A stretch of DNA of 64,000 nt from an uncultured Enterobacteriaceae bacterium. GTDB lineage: Bacteria > Pseudomonadota > Gammaproteobacteria > Burkholderiales > UBA3065. The stretch lies in assembly GCA_964524005.1 (NCBI GenBank), contig CAZGBK010000001.1:133187-197186 (forward strand), given 5' to 3'. Under the pieces are notes generated by a model. That model searched no databases, had not been told where the DNA came from, and saw only the letters and a program-made list of their open reading frames with translations. The position numbers and the translations under genes were made by a program. Positions 1 to 9,904 of the stretch are shown one piece after another (the stretch's first letter is position 1; the number at the start of each line of letters is the position of its first letter).

Positions 1-1092
1 GATGTGAACGCGGGCGGCACCGTCCGCGCCTTCGACGCCGACTTCAACCACATCCCCGACGCGGCGATGACGCTGGCGGTGTGCGCGCTGCGCGCCGACG
101 GGCCGTGCCGGCTGCGCAACATCGGCTCGTGGCGGGTGAAGGAGACCGACCGTATCCACGCCATGGCGACCGAGCTGCGCAAGGTCGGCGCCACCGTGGA
201 GGTGGGCGACGACTGGCTGCGCGTCACCCCGACGGTCAACATGGAATTCGCCGCCATCGACACCTACGACGACCACCGCATGGCGATGTGCTTCTCCTTG
301 GTGGCGCTGATGGGTTCGCCTGTGCGCATCAACGATCCGGGCTGTACCGCCAAGACCTACCCCGGCTACTGGGACGACCTGCGCAGCCTGCTGCCGGCCG
401 ACGAACTGGCACGTGCGCAGGTGCCGGTGATCGCCATCGACGGCACCGCCGCTTCCGGTAAGGGCACCATCGCGCAAAGGGTGGCGCGGCGGCTCGGCTG
501 GGCCTATCTGGACTCGGGTGCGCTGTATCGCGTCGTCGGCCACGCCGCCACGCAGCATGGTGTCGACCTCGACGACGGCGAAGCGCTGGCGCGATTGGCG
601 CAACGACTCGACATCCGCTTCGACGGCGAGCGCATCGTGGTGGACGGCGCCGACGTGAGCGATGCCGTGCGCAGCGCCGAGGCGGGTGTCGCGGCCAGCC
701 GCGTCGCGGTCCACCCCGCCCTGCGTGCGGCCCTGCTGCAGCGCCAGCGCGCGTTCCGCTCGATGCCCGGCCTGGTCGCGGACGGCCGCGACATGGGCTC
801 GGTGGTGTTCAGCGATGCCCCGCTCAAGGTCTACCTGACTGCCAGCGTCGCTGCGCGCGCCCAGCGCCGGCTGCTGCAATTGCAAACTAAAGGCTTGAGC
901 GACAAAGGGAACGGTGTTAGTCTCGCCGCCCTCGAGCAGGACTTGGCCGATCGAGACGCGCGCGACGCGTCCCGCCCGACCGCCCCGCTGCGAGTGAGTC
1001 CAGGCGCTGTCGTCATCGACTCCACCGAGCTCGGCATCGACGCCGTGGTGGATCGCGTGATGCAGGCAGCCCGCGACGCCGGTCTGGCCTGA
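1..1092 (+). CDS. aroA-cmk: Bifunctional 3-phosphoshikimate 1-carboxyvinyltransferase (C-terminal part, 5' end cut by window edge) fused to cytidylate kinase
   Basis: One open frame. aa 1-127 look like the EPSP synthase C-terminus ([22 protein letters not shown]). After a ~12 aa linker (nt ~385-420) comes a full Cmk with P-loop [13 protein letters not shown] and YLDSGALYR. No stop codon between the two parts. Confidence 0.85.
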   Translation, partial: DVNAGGTVRAFDADFNHIPDAAMTLAVCALRADGPCRLRNIGSWRVKETDRIHAMATELRKVGATVEVGDDWLRVTPTVNMEFAAIDTYDDHRMAMCFSLVALMGSPVRINDPGCTAKTYPGYWDDLRSLLPADELARAQVPVIAIDGTAASGKGTIAQRVARRLGWAYLDSGALYRVVGHAATQHGVDLDDGEALARLAQRLDIRFDGERIVVDGADVSDAVRSAEAGVAASRVAVHPALRAALLQRQRAFRSMPGLVADGRDMGSVVFSDAPLKVYLTASVAARAQRRLLQLQTKGLSDKGNGVSLAALEQDLADRDARDASRPTAPLRVSPGAVVIDSTELGIDAVVDRVMQAARDAGLA

Positions 1093-1238
1093 TCCGCCCG
1101 ACGCCCGCGCAACGACACGGGCCGATCCGCCTCAAGCCTTGCCAAACCGCTGTACAGGTGCCCTAGAGCCGCCCGGCCGCAGGGCTTTGCAACCAACCCC
1201 CACGCTTTCCGGCGCGGGATGATGGAAACCCGAACCTA

Positions 1239-2948
1239 ATGTCCACTGCAACCGCAACCCAGCACGCCCCCGAAAGTTTTGCCGCCCTGTTTGAAGAGAG
1301 TCTGAGCCGTCAAGAGATGCGCTCGGGCGAGATCATCACCGCCGAGGTGGTGCGCATCGAACCCAATTTCGTCGTCGTCAACGCCGGACTCAAATCCGAG
1401 AGCTTCGTGCCCATCGAAGAGTTCCGTGACGACCGCGGTGAGCTGGAGGTGGCAGAGGGCGACTTCGTGCAAGTCGCCATCGAATCGCTGGAGAACGGCT
1501 TCGGCGAGACTCGCCTGTCGCGCGACCGCGCAAAGCGCCTGGCCGCCTGGCACGCGCTGGAAGCCGCGATGGAAGCCGGCGAGGTCGTCGAAGGCTTTGT
1601 CAGTGGCAAGGTCAAGGGCGGCCTGACCGCCATGGTCAATGGCATCCGCGCCTTCCTGCCGGGCTCGCTGGTCGACACCCGCCCGGTCAAGGACACCACC
1701 CCCTACGAGGGCAAGAGCTTCGAATTCAAGGTCATCAAGCTCGACCGCAAGCGCAACAATGTCGTCATCAGCCGCCGCGCGGTGCTCGAGCAGAACATGG
1801 GCGCTGACCGCGCGCAGTTGCTCGAGACGCTGAAAGAAGGCGCCATCGTCAAGGGCATCGTCAAGAACCTGACCGACTACGGTGCGTTCGTGGATCTGGG
1901 CGGCATTGACGGCTTGCTGCACATCACCGACATCGCCTGGCGTCGTGTCAAGCACCCGTCCGAGGTGCTCAACGTGGGCGACGAGGTCGAGGCCAAAGTG
2001 CTGCGTTTCGACCAAGAGAAGAACCGCGTCTCGCTGGGCATGAAGCAGCTTGGCGACGACCCGTGGAACGGCATCTCGCGCCGCTACCCACAAGGCACCC
2101 GCCTGTTCGGCAAGGTCACCAACCTGACCGACTACGGTGCCTTCGTCGAGATCGAGCCGGGTATCGAAGGCCTGGTGCACGTCTCCGAGATGGATTGGAC
2201 CAACAAGAACGTCAACCCGAGCCGTGTGGTGCAGGTCGGCGACGAGACCGAGGTGATGATCCTCGAGATCGACGAAGATCGCCGCCGGATCTCGCTGGGC
2301 ATGAAGCAATGCATGTCGAACCCGTGGGACGAGTTCGCCGCCAACCAGGCCAAGGGCGATCGCGTCCGTGGCCAGGTCAAGTCGATCACCGACTTTGGCG
2401 TGTTCATCGGCCTGCCTGGTGGCATCGACGGCCTGGTGCACCTGTCCGATCTGTCGTGGTCAGAAGCCGGTGAAGAGGCGGTCAAGCGCTTCCGCAAGGG
2501 CGAAGAGGTCGAAGCCGTGGTTCTGGCCATCGACGTCGATCGCGAGCGCATCAGCCTTGGCATCAAGCAGATCGAGGGCGACCCGTTCTCGAGCTTCGCC
2601 AGCAGCCACGACAAGGGCAAGATCGTCGTTGGCACGGTGAAGAGCGTCGATGCCAAGGGCGCCGTGGTCGCGCTGGATGGCGACCAAGAAGGCTATCTGC
2701 GCGCCTCGGAATGGTCGCGCGATCGCGTCGAGGATCTGCGCAGCTTCCTGAAGGAAGGTGACAGTGTCGAGGCGATGGTGATCAATGTCGACCGCAAAAA
2801 CCGCTCGATCCAGCTGTCGGTGAAGGCGAAAGACATGGCCGACGAATCGGAAGCGATCAAGCAATACTCTGACACCCCGGCCAGCACTGGCACGACCAAC
2901 CTCGGGGCTCTGCTGAAAGCCAAGCTCGACGGCAGCAAGAGCGAATAA
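1239..2948 (+). CDS. rpsA: 30S ribosomal protein S1
   Basis: 569 aa with six S1 OB-fold repeats (recurring ..G.V..ITDFG.FV.L..GIDGL.H.S.. pattern). Conserved cmk-rpsA-ihfB order. Confidence 0.97.
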   Translation: MSTATATQHAPESFAALFEESLSRQEMRSGEIITAEVVRIEPNFVVVNAGLKSESFVPIEEFRDDRGELEVAEGDFVQVAIESLENGFGETRLSRDRAKRLAAWHALEAAMEAGEVVEGFVSGKVKGGLTAMVNGIRAFLPGSLVDTRPVKDTTPYEGKSFEFKVIKLDRKRNNVVISRRAVLEQNMGADRAQLLETLKEGAIVKGIVKNLTDYGAFVDLGGIDGLLHITDIAWRRVKHPSEVLNVGDEVEAKVLRFDQEKNRVSLGMKQLGDDPWNGISRRYPQGTRLFGKVTNLTDYGAFVEIEPGIEGLVHVSEMDWTNKNVNPSRVVQVGDETEVMILEIDEDRRRISLGMKQCMSNPWDEFAANQAKGDRVRGQVKSITDFGVFIGLPGGIDGLVHLSDLSWSEAGEEAVKRFRKGEEVEAVVLAIDVDRERISLGIKQIEGDPFSSFASSHDKGKIVVGTVKSVDAKGAVVALDGDQEGYLRASEWSRDRVEDLRSFLKEGDSVEAMVINVDRKNRSIQLSVKAKDMADESEAIKQYSDTPASTGTTNLGALLKAKLDGSKSE

Positions 2949-2962
2949 GCAGGGAGGCGCAG

Positions 2963-3247
2963 TTGACCAAGTCGGAACTGATCGCCCAGCTGTCGGTACG
3001 TTTTCCGCAGCTGGTCCTGAAAGACGCCGAACTCGCGGTAAAGACCATCCTTGAAGCCATGACGCAGACGTTGTGTCAGGGTGACCGGATCGAGATCCGC
3101 GGTTTCGGCAGTTTCGGCCTGAACCATCGCCCGGCACGCACTGGACGCAACCCGAAAACCGGCGAGACGGTGCCGGTTCCGGCAAAATATGTTCCTCACT
3201 TCAAGGCCGGGAAGGAACTGCGTGACCGGGTCGATCAACAGCCCTGA
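2963..3247 (+). CDS. ihfB: Integration host factor subunit beta
   Basis: 94 aa HU/IHF-fold protein ([18 protein letters not shown]). TTG start 5 nt after SD AGGGAGG. Lies directly after rpsA. Confidence 0.93.
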   Translation: MTKSELIAQLSVRFPQLVLKDAELAVKTILEAMTQTLCQGDRIEIRGFGSFGLNHRPARTGRNPKTGETVPVPAKYVPHFKAGKELRDRVDQQP

Positions 3248-3283
3248 TGGCTGTCCAGCAGTGGCGGTCCCGCAGGCGCTAGG

Positions 3284-3565
3284 ATGAGCGCCGGCCTGCT
3301 AGGCCGTCTGTTGTCGGCGCTGGGCTGGCTGGTCCGGTTGCTGATCTTCTTGGTCTTGCTTGGGCTGGCCATGCGAAACAGTGAGCCGGTCACTCTGCAT
3401 TACTACTTCGGTCTGGAATGGCGCGCACCGCTCGTGATGCTGCTGTTCACCTTCTTTGCGGCCGGCGCCATTCTTGGCGTGATTGCCTGCCTCGGTCTTC
3501 GCCGAAGCCGGCGCGAAACAGCTCCCCGCATGAAGGACGCACGATCGGGCGACAGCGATGTTTGA
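3284..3565 (+). CDS. lapA: LapA-like inner-membrane protein (DUF1049)
   Basis: 93 aa with two hydrophobic helices. Overlaps the next gene by 8 nt. Conserved position upstream of lapB-pyrF. Confidence 0.7.
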   Translation: MSAGLLGRLLSALGWLVRLLIFLVLLGLAMRNSEPVTLHYYFGLEWRAPLVMLLFTFFAAGAILGVIACLGLRRSRRETAPRMKDARSGDSDV

Positions 3566-4718
3566 GATCGAGTTCTGGTGGCTGGTTGCTCTTCCGTTGT
3601 TCTTTGCCCTTGGCTGGGTTGCAGCACGCATCGACATCCGCCAGATCATCAAAGAATCCCGGGCGATGCCCGCAGCCTACTTTCGCGCTCTGAAGTTGCT
3701 GGTTGCCGAGGACACAGCGCGCGCCACCGACGTGTTGGTTGACATGGCGCGCAACGAGCGCGGCAACCGCGACCTGCAGCTGGCACTGGCAGGCCTGTTC
3801 CGGCGCAAAGGTGAGACCGACCGTGCGATCCGCATCCATCAGTTGCTGCTGCAAGAGGCGGAGCTCGATGTCAGCGAGCAGCAGGCTGTGGAACTGGAGT
3901 TGGCACTGGATTTCCTTGCCGCTGGACTGCTCGATCGCGCCGAGAAGCACTTGCGGCGCCTTGACGGGACCTCGCTGGAGGCTCGCGCCCTACCGGCATT
4001 GCTCGACCTCTACTCGGCCGAGCAAGACTGGGAACGCGCGATCGAGACCGCACGGCGGCTCGAAGAGGTCAGCGGCCGCCCCCGCCCTCAACAGATCGCC
4101 CAATATTGGTGCGAGATCGCCCAGCGGGCGTTCAACCACACCCGCGATGCGGACTGTGAAGCCGCTATCGCCGCCGCACTCGCGGCCAACTACAAATGCA
4201 CGCGCGCCAATCTGATCGCTGGTCAGCTGGCACAGCGCCGCGGCGATGCCCAAGCCGCACTCGAGCACTGGCAGCGCATTGAAGCGCAAGACCCCGAGGC
4301 GCTGCCTTTGGTCGCCGGACTGATCGCCGACACCGCGATCGCCGCTGGTTGCGCCGACACGGGGGCCAACCTGCTACGCGGCTACTGGCAGCAATGTCCG
4401 ACGGTGGATGTGCTTGACGCCGCGATTCGGCTGATCGAGGTCGCCAACGGAGCTGGGGCGGCATCCCAGTTCCTGGCCGATGCCGTACGCCAGCGACCCT
4501 CGCTACTGGTCTTGGCCAAACAACTCGAACACGGGGGCGCCGGCAGCGAGCTTGCGACTTTGCGCCAACTGCTCGCGCAACACACTCGCCGCTTGGGCCA
4601 ATACCGCTGCAGCGCATGTGGCTTCCGCGCCCGCTCACACTACTGGCACTGCCCGGCCTGCGCGCAGTGGGAAACCTACCCGGCACGACGCGTCGAAGAA
4701 CTGAATATCCATGACTGA
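3558..4718 (+). CDS. lapB: Lipopolysaccharide assembly protein B (YciM): N-terminal TM helix, TPR repeats, C-terminal rubredoxin-like zinc finger
   Basis: 386 aa. N-terminal hydrophobic helix, TPR-like repeats, C-terminal YRCSACGF..HYWHCPAC motif. lapA-lapB-pyrF synteny. Confidence 0.85.
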   Translation: MFEIEFWWLVALPLFFALGWVAARIDIRQIIKESRAMPAAYFRALKLLVAEDTARATDVLVDMARNERGNRDLQLALAGLFRRKGETDRAIRIHQLLLQEAELDVSEQQAVELELALDFLAAGLLDRAEKHLRRLDGTSLEARALPALLDLYSAEQDWERAIETARRLEEVSGRPRPQQIAQYWCEIAQRAFNHTRDADCEAAIAAALAANYKCTRANLIAGQLAQRRGDAQAALEHWQRIEAQDPEALPLVAGLIADTAIAAGCADTGANLLRGYWQQCPTVDVLDAAIRLIEVANGAGAASQFLADAVRQRPSLLVLAKQLEHGGAGSELATLRQLLAQHTRRLGQYRCSACGFRARSHYWHCPACAQWETYPARRVEELNIHD

Positions 4719-4727
4719 GGGCTGCCG

Positions 4728-5423
4728 ATGAGCCGCGCTGGCGTGATCGTCGCGCTCGACACCGCTGATACTGACAGCGCACTGGCGCTGGCTGCCCGTC
4801 TCGATCCGGCACGCTGCGCGGTCAAAGTCGGCAAGGAGCTGTTCACCGCGGCTGGCCCCGAGCTGGTGCGCGCGCTGGTGGCGATGCACTTTCGCGTGTT
4901 TCTCGACCTGAAATTCCACGACATCCCGAACACTGTCGCCGGGGCCTGCCGTGCGGCTGCCCGGCTCGGCGTGTGGATGCTGAACGTCCACGCCAGTGGC
5001 GGCGAGGCGATGCTGCGCGCCGCACGACAGGCGATCGATGGCTTGCCCGAGCCACGCCCGCTACTGATCGGCGTCACCGTGTTGACCAGCATCGACCGGC
5101 CACAACTGGCCGGGACCGGGCTCGACATCGAGCCGGCCGAGCAGGCCCTTCGCCTGGCGCGTTTGGCTGCCGCCTGTGGCCTCGACGGCGTGGTCTGTTC
5201 GGCGCAAGAAGTAGCGGCAATCAAGTCGGCCTGTGGCGCAGGCTTCCTCTGCGTCACGCCGGGGATCCGCCCGGCCGGCAGTGCCGCCGACGACCAGAGC
5301 CGCATCATGACCCCGGTTGCAGCTCAGGCGGCGGGAGCCGATGAACTTGTGATCGGCAGACCCATCACCGCTGCCGCGGACCCGAGCACCGCGCTCGCCG
5401 CAGTGTTGGCCGAACTTGGCTGA
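4728..5423 (+). CDS. pyrF: Orotidine 5'-phosphate decarboxylase
   Basis: 231 aa with IVALD, KVGKELF and [13 protein letters not shown] motifs typical of PyrF. Confidence 0.93.
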   Translation: MSRAGVIVALDTADTDSALALAARLDPARCAVKVGKELFTAAGPELVRALVAMHFRVFLDLKFHDIPNTVAGACRAAARLGVWMLNVHASGGEAMLRAARQAIDGLPEPRPLLIGVTVLTSIDRPQLAGTGLDIEPAEQALRLARLAAACGLDGVVCSAQEVAAIKSACGAGFLCVTPGIRPAGSAADDQSRIMTPVAAQAAGADELVIGRPITAAADPSTALAAVLAELG

Positions 5424-5510
5424 GTCAGGCGCCATCACTGTTCGCTTGGATGCAACACAGGCGCGGCATGCTCCCGCGTTTTCTTTTCGACCCTCTGGAA
5501 GACCCGCTGC

Positions 5511-6845
5511 ATGAAGATCACTGTCATCGGTACCGGCTATGTCGGACTCGTTTCGGGCGCCTGCTTGGCCGAAATGGGCAACGACGTACTCTGCCTCGAC
5601 CTCGACCCGGCAAAGATCCGCACCCTCGAGGAAGGTGGACTGCCGATCCACGAACCCGGCCTGCTCGAGATCGTGCGACGCAACGTCGCCGTCGGTCGCC
5701 TGCAGTTCACCACCGACATCGAGCGCTCGGCGCGCTTTGGCACGCTGCAGTTCATCGCCGTCGGCACGCCGCCGGACGAGGATGGCTCGGCCGACCTGCA
5801 GTACGTACTGGCAGCGGCGCGCAATATCGGCCGCCACATGGACGGCTACCGGGTGGTGATCGACAAGAGCACGGTCCCGGTGGGAACGGCCGCTCGCGTG
5901 CAGGCCGCGATCGCCGACGAGTTGCAGCGGCGCGGTGCCAGCCACGCATTCAGCGTGGTCAGCAACCCGGAGTTCCTGAAAGAAGGCGCTGCGGTGGCCG
6001 ACTTCATGCGCCCCGACCGGGTGGTGATCGGTGCCGACGACGAACGCGCAGCGACCTTGATGCGGCAGCTCTACGCGCCTTTCCTGCGCAACCACGATCG
6101 CATCCTGGTGATGGACGTCAAAAGCGCCGAGCTGACCAAGTACGCCGCCAACGCCATGCTGGCGACCCGCATCAGCTTCATGAACGAGCTGGCCTTGCTG
6201 GCCGAGACAGTCGGTGCCGACATCGAACATGTGCGCTTGGGCATCGGCTCAGACAGCCGCATCGGTTACAGTTTTCTGTATGCCGGCTGCGGCTACGGCG
6301 GCAGTTGCTTCCCGAAGGATGTCAAAGCGCTGGTGCGGACGGCGCACGAACATGGCCACCAGTTGCGTGTTCTTGATGCGGTCGAGGCCGCCAACGAGGC
6401 ACAGAAGCGGGTTCTGCCGCAACGCGTCGTGGCCCGCTTCGGCGAAGACCTGCGTGGCCGGCGCTTCGCCGTCTGGGGGCTGGCGTTCAAGCCCGAGACC
6501 GACGACATGCGCGAGGCCTCCAGCCGCGTGCTGATCGGCGAACTGGTCCGCCGTGGGGCCGAGATATGCGCCTACGACCCGGTCGCCATGCCAGAAGCAC
6601 AGCGCGTGCTGGCACTTGATCTCGGTGAGGCCGCTGCACAGGTGACAATGGCCAACGCACCGATGGCGGCACTACCAGGCGCCGACGCTTTGCTCATCGT
6701 CACCGAATGGAAGGCCTTCCGCAGCCCCGACTTCGACGCCATGCGCACCGCCCTGAACGCACCGGTGATCTTCGATGGGCGCAACCTCTACGATCCGGCC
6801 ATGGTCAGGGGCATGGGCTTCGAGTATTCGGCAATCGGTCGTTAA
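5511..6845 (+). CDS. ugd: UDP-glucose 6-dehydrogenase
   Basis: 444 aa. N-terminal Rossmann [16 protein letters not shown], catalytic region [11 protein letters not shown]-terminal UDP-binding domain. Confidence 0.9.
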   Translation: MKITVIGTGYVGLVSGACLAEMGNDVLCLDLDPAKIRTLEEGGLPIHEPGLLEIVRRNVAVGRLQFTTDIERSARFGTLQFIAVGTPPDEDGSADLQYVLAAARNIGRHMDGYRVVIDKSTVPVGTAARVQAAIADELQRRGASHAFSVVSNPEFLKEGAAVADFMRPDRVVIGADDERAATLMRQLYAPFLRNHDRILVMDVKSAELTKYAANAMLATRISFMNELALLAETVGADIEHVRLGIGSDSRIGYSFLYAGCGYGGSCFPKDVKALVRTAHEHGHQLRVLDAVEAANEAQKRVLPQRVVARFGEDLRGRRFAVWGLAFKPETDDMREASSRVLIGELVRRGAEICAYDPVAMPEAQRVLALDLGEAAAQVTMANAPMAALPGADALLIVTEWKAFRSPDFDAMRTALNAPVIFDGRNLYDPAMVRGMGFEYSAIGR

Positions 6846-6863
6846 AGGCGGCGTCAGCCAAGG

Positions 6864-8012
6864 CTAAGCACCCGACTGCCGGAAGACCCGGTAGATCAAA
6901 CCTTGATGGTCGTCGGCGATCAGCAGGCTGCCATCGGGCATGGTCAAAACATCAGCCGGACGCCCCCAAACATACTGTCCACGAAGCCAGCCGCTGACCA
7001 GGTCTTCGACCGCCGTCACCCGTCCGTCCGCCAAGCGCACGCGCACCACCTTGTAACCGGATTTCTGCGAGCGGTTCCAAGAGCCATGCAGCGCGACCAC
7101 GACATCGTCCTGCCAGAAGGTCATGCCCAAAGGCGCGGTGTGCGGCCCAAGCTTGGCCATGGGGGAAACAAACTCGCTGCAGGCGCGCTGACGGCCGAAC
7201 TTCGGGTCGGGCAGGTCGCCTTGGTGGCAGAACGGGAAGCCGAAGTGCTGGCCAGGTTGGGTGAGCCGGTTGAGTTCGCATTCGGGCTGATCATCGCCCA
7301 TCCAGTCGCGGCCGTTGTCGGTGAACCACAGATGACCGGTGACCGGTTCGAAGTCAAAACCGACCGAGTTGCGCACACCACGAGCGATCACTTCGCGCCC
7401 ACTGCCGTCACGCTGCATGCGAACGATAGTGGCAAAGCCGTCGGCATCGCGGTCGCAGACATTGCATGGCGCACCAATAGCAACTACCAAGCGTCCATCG
7501 GCATCGACCCGAAGATAACGCCAGCCATGACTCCGCTCTTTCGGCAGGCTGTCGGTGACCAGCTGCGGGGTTGGTAACTGTCCGGATGCCGCCGCGGCGA
7601 GACGCGACTCGACCGCCGGGATCTTCCAGATGCGCGAGATGTCGGCGATGTACAGGTCACCCTGGTGCAGGGCGATGCCACTGGGCATATCCAGCCGCTC
7701 GAGCAGGGTGACCACCTTGCGGTTGGCGACGTCGCCACCGGGCAGTACGGCGTGCACCCGACCGGCGTCGCGCGAGCCGACGAACAACACCCCGCTGGAT
7801 GAAAGCGCCATTTGCCGGGCATTGCGCACACCGGTAGCGTAAACCTCGACGGCCAAACCGGGCGCCACCACCAGTCGCTCGACGCCACCAGGCGCTGCCA
7901 CAGCCGACAGCGTATGCAAGCCGAGCCAGAACCCGACACAAGCCAACAACCAGCCAATACCCTCTGGCTTGGCACTGAAAGAAGCGTTTCGACCAGCATC
8001 CAACGGTGTCAT
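6864..8012 (-). CDS. PQQ-dependent sugar dehydrogenase / sorbosone dehydrogenase family protein, exported
   Basis: Beta-propeller SGDH-like sequence (HFGFPFCHQG, GSWNRS). Start chosen at ATG 8012 (SD GGGAGA) ahead of a hydrophobic signal/anchor; the ORF extends to 8078. Confidence 0.7.
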   Translation of the reverse strand: MTPLDAGRNASFSAKPEGIGWLLACVGFWLGLHTLSAVAAPGGVERLVVAPGLAVEVYATGVRNARQMALSSSGVLFVGSRDAGRVHAVLPGGDVANRKVVTLLERLDMPSGIALHQGDLYIADISRIWKIPAVESRLAAAASGQLPTPQLVTDSLPKERSHGWRYLRVDADGRLVVAIGAPCNVCDRDADGFATIVRMQRDGSGREVIARGVRNSVGFDFEPVTGHLWFTDNGRDWMGDDQPECELNRLTQPGQHFGFPFCHQGDLPDPKFGRQRACSEFVSPMAKLGPHTAPLGMTFWQDDVVVALHGSWNRSQKSGYKVVRVRLADGRVTAVEDLVSGWLRGQYVWGRPADVLTMPDGSLLIADDHQGLIYRVFRQSGA

Positions 8013-8143
8013 GGTTTCTCCCGAGATTGCGTGGCCAGCGAGCCACATGGGCAGTCGCAAAGCCAGCAAAAGCTGCATGCTAGACTGCCTTCGCCGCGAC
8101 GACCGCGCGGCGCCCTGCCGGACGCAATCCTAGCCCCACCATC

Positions 8144-9904
8144 ATGCCGCCGCGTTACACCGTTCGCTGCCCTCAGCCCGAACGCCATGAATGGCGCGTC
8201 GTCGTCGACATCGACCAGCCCGACAACGAGGGCCAACGGCTGCGTCTGCCGGTGTGGTCGCCAGGGAGTTACCTGGTTCGCGAGTACGCCCGGCTTGTGA
8301 CTGCAGTACGCGCCGAAAGTGCAGGCCAACCGGTCGCCGTACACAAAACCGACAAACACAGCTGGCGCTGCGCCCCCTGCAATGCTCCGCTGCAGGTCGA
8401 GTTCACGCTCTACGCACACGATCCCTCGGTGCGTGGCGCCTTTGTTGACGATACGCGCGCTTTCTTCAATGGCCCGGCGATCCTGCCCTGGGTCGAGGGT
8501 CAGACCGAGTGTCCGCTATCGCTGACGGTCGAGCGCCCGGTCGACGGCTGGCAGGTGGCTACATCGATGACACCTCAGGCGGTCGACGCCGACGGCTTTG
8601 GCACCTACACCGCAGCTGACTACGAAGAGCTCATCGACCACCCCTTCGAGTTGGGCACGCTTGCAGTGGTCGGATTCTCAGCCGCTGGTACGCCGCACCG
8701 GATCGCCGTCAGCGGCGCCCACAGCGGCGATCTGGAACGCTTGAGCAGAGATGTCCAGCGTATCTGCGCCTGGCACATCGACCTGTGGGGCGCCCCGGCA
8801 CCATTCGCCGCCTACACGTTTCAGCTGCTGGTCACCCGTGACGGATATGGCGGCCTGGAGCACCGCGCCAGCACCAGTCTGATCGCCCGCCGTGATCATC
8901 TGCCACGCCGACACGGCCACGACGCGACTGGCTACCGCGGGCTGTTGGGTCTGTTCAGTCACGAGTACTTCCACAGCTGGCTGGTGAAGCGCATCCGGCC
9001 AGCGGAACACGCCCCCTGTGACCTCACGCAAGAGAACCTGACGACCCAGCTCTGGCTATTCGAAGGCTTCACTTCCTACTACGACGATCTTGCCTTGCGC
9101 CGCTGTGGGCTGACCAGCGTCGACGACTACCTGAGCGACCTGGGCAAAACCATCAGCCGAGTTCACTGCGAGGCTGGGCACCGTGTACAGACACTGGAGG
9201 AATCCAGCTTCGATGCATGGATCAAGTATTACCGACCGGACGAGAACACGCCCAATACGGTGGTCAGTTATTACGCCAAGGGTGCACTGGTGGCACTGGC
9301 TCTCGACCTCACCCTGCGCTCAGTAAGTGGCGGGGCCTGCAGCCTTGACCACGTCATGCGCGCACTGTGGCAGCAGCATGGCGACACGCCAATCGCTCCC
9401 GGTGAGTTCGAAGCGCTGGCCGAAGCGGTGAGCGGCCAGCCCCTGGCGGCATTCTTTGAAGCCGCCTTGCGCAGCACCGAGCCGCTGCCACTGGAACGGC
9501 TACTGGGCACCTTTGGTGTGCGCAGCAGCTGGGAACCCGAGCAGATCAGCAAGCCGGATGGCGGACCCGCAGCGGACCTGGGCGCTCGCATCGATTCACG
9601 TGGCCCAGCGATGGTGCGCCAGGTGCGGCCGGACGCAGCGGCCAGCCGTGCTGGCTTGGCGCCGGGCGACGAGATTCTCGCTGTGGAGGGCTGGCGCGTC
9701 GACGGCGAGTCCCTGCGGAGCGTGCTTGCCGGCTTCAGGCCCGGCCAGACTGTTGCCCTACTCAGTAGCCGCGACGGGCGCGTGCGAAGCAGCATGCTCT
9801 GCTTGGACGCCGCGCCAGCCAAGGTCTGTAGCCTGAAGATCGATCCTGCAGCCGATGCGACAGCCGCCGCCCTGCGCGCTGGCTGGTTGGGTGAAACGAC
9901 ATGA
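8144..9904 (+). CDS. M61 family (glycyl aminopeptidase-like) metallopeptidase with C-terminal PDZ domain
   Basis: 586 aa. HEYFHSW zinc motif, COG3975-like N-terminus (LPVWSPGSYLVREY), C-terminal PDZ-like GLAPGDEILAVEG. No signal peptide seen. Confidence 0.8.
   Translation: MPPRYTVRCPQPERHEWRVVVDIDQPDNEGQRLRLPVWSPGSYLVREYARLVTAVRAESAGQPVAVHKTDKHSWRCAPCNAPLQVEFTLYAHDPSVRGAFVDDTRAFFNGPAILPWVEGQTECPLSLTVERPVDGWQVATSMTPQAVDADGFGTYTAADYEELIDHPFELGTLAVVGFSAAGTPHRIAVSGAHSGDLERLSRDVQRICAWHIDLWGAPAPFAAYTFQLLVTRDGYGGLEHRASTSLIARRDHLPRRHGHDATGYRGLLGLFSHEYFHSWLVKRIRPAEHAPCDLTQENLTTQLWLFEGFTSYYDDLALRRCGLTSVDDYLSDLGKTISRVHCEAGHRVQTLEESSFDAWIKYYRPDENTPNTVVSYYAKGALVALALDLTLRSVSGGACSLDHVMRALWQQHGDTPIAPGEFEALAEAVSGQPLAAFFEAALRSTEPLPLERLLGTFGVRSSWEPEQISKPDGGPAADLGARIDSRGPAMVRQVRPDAAASRAGLAPGDEILAVEGWRVDGESLRSVLAGFRPGQTVALLSSRDGRVRSSMLCLDAAPAKVCSLKIDPAADATAAALRAGWLGETT

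Noticed and set aside
1236-2441. 401-aa ORF antisense to rpsA. Similar long antisense ORFs: 5061-6230 (opposite ugd), 11353-12690 (opposite the RND gene), 31619-33259 (opposite murF/mraY) and 41010-42314 (opposite ftsZ).
   Set aside because: Each lies fully opposite a gene with unmistakable conserved motifs. Their products are low-complexity and Arg/Ala/Gly/His-rich, with no recognisable domains. They are typical shadow ORFs of high-GC genomes.
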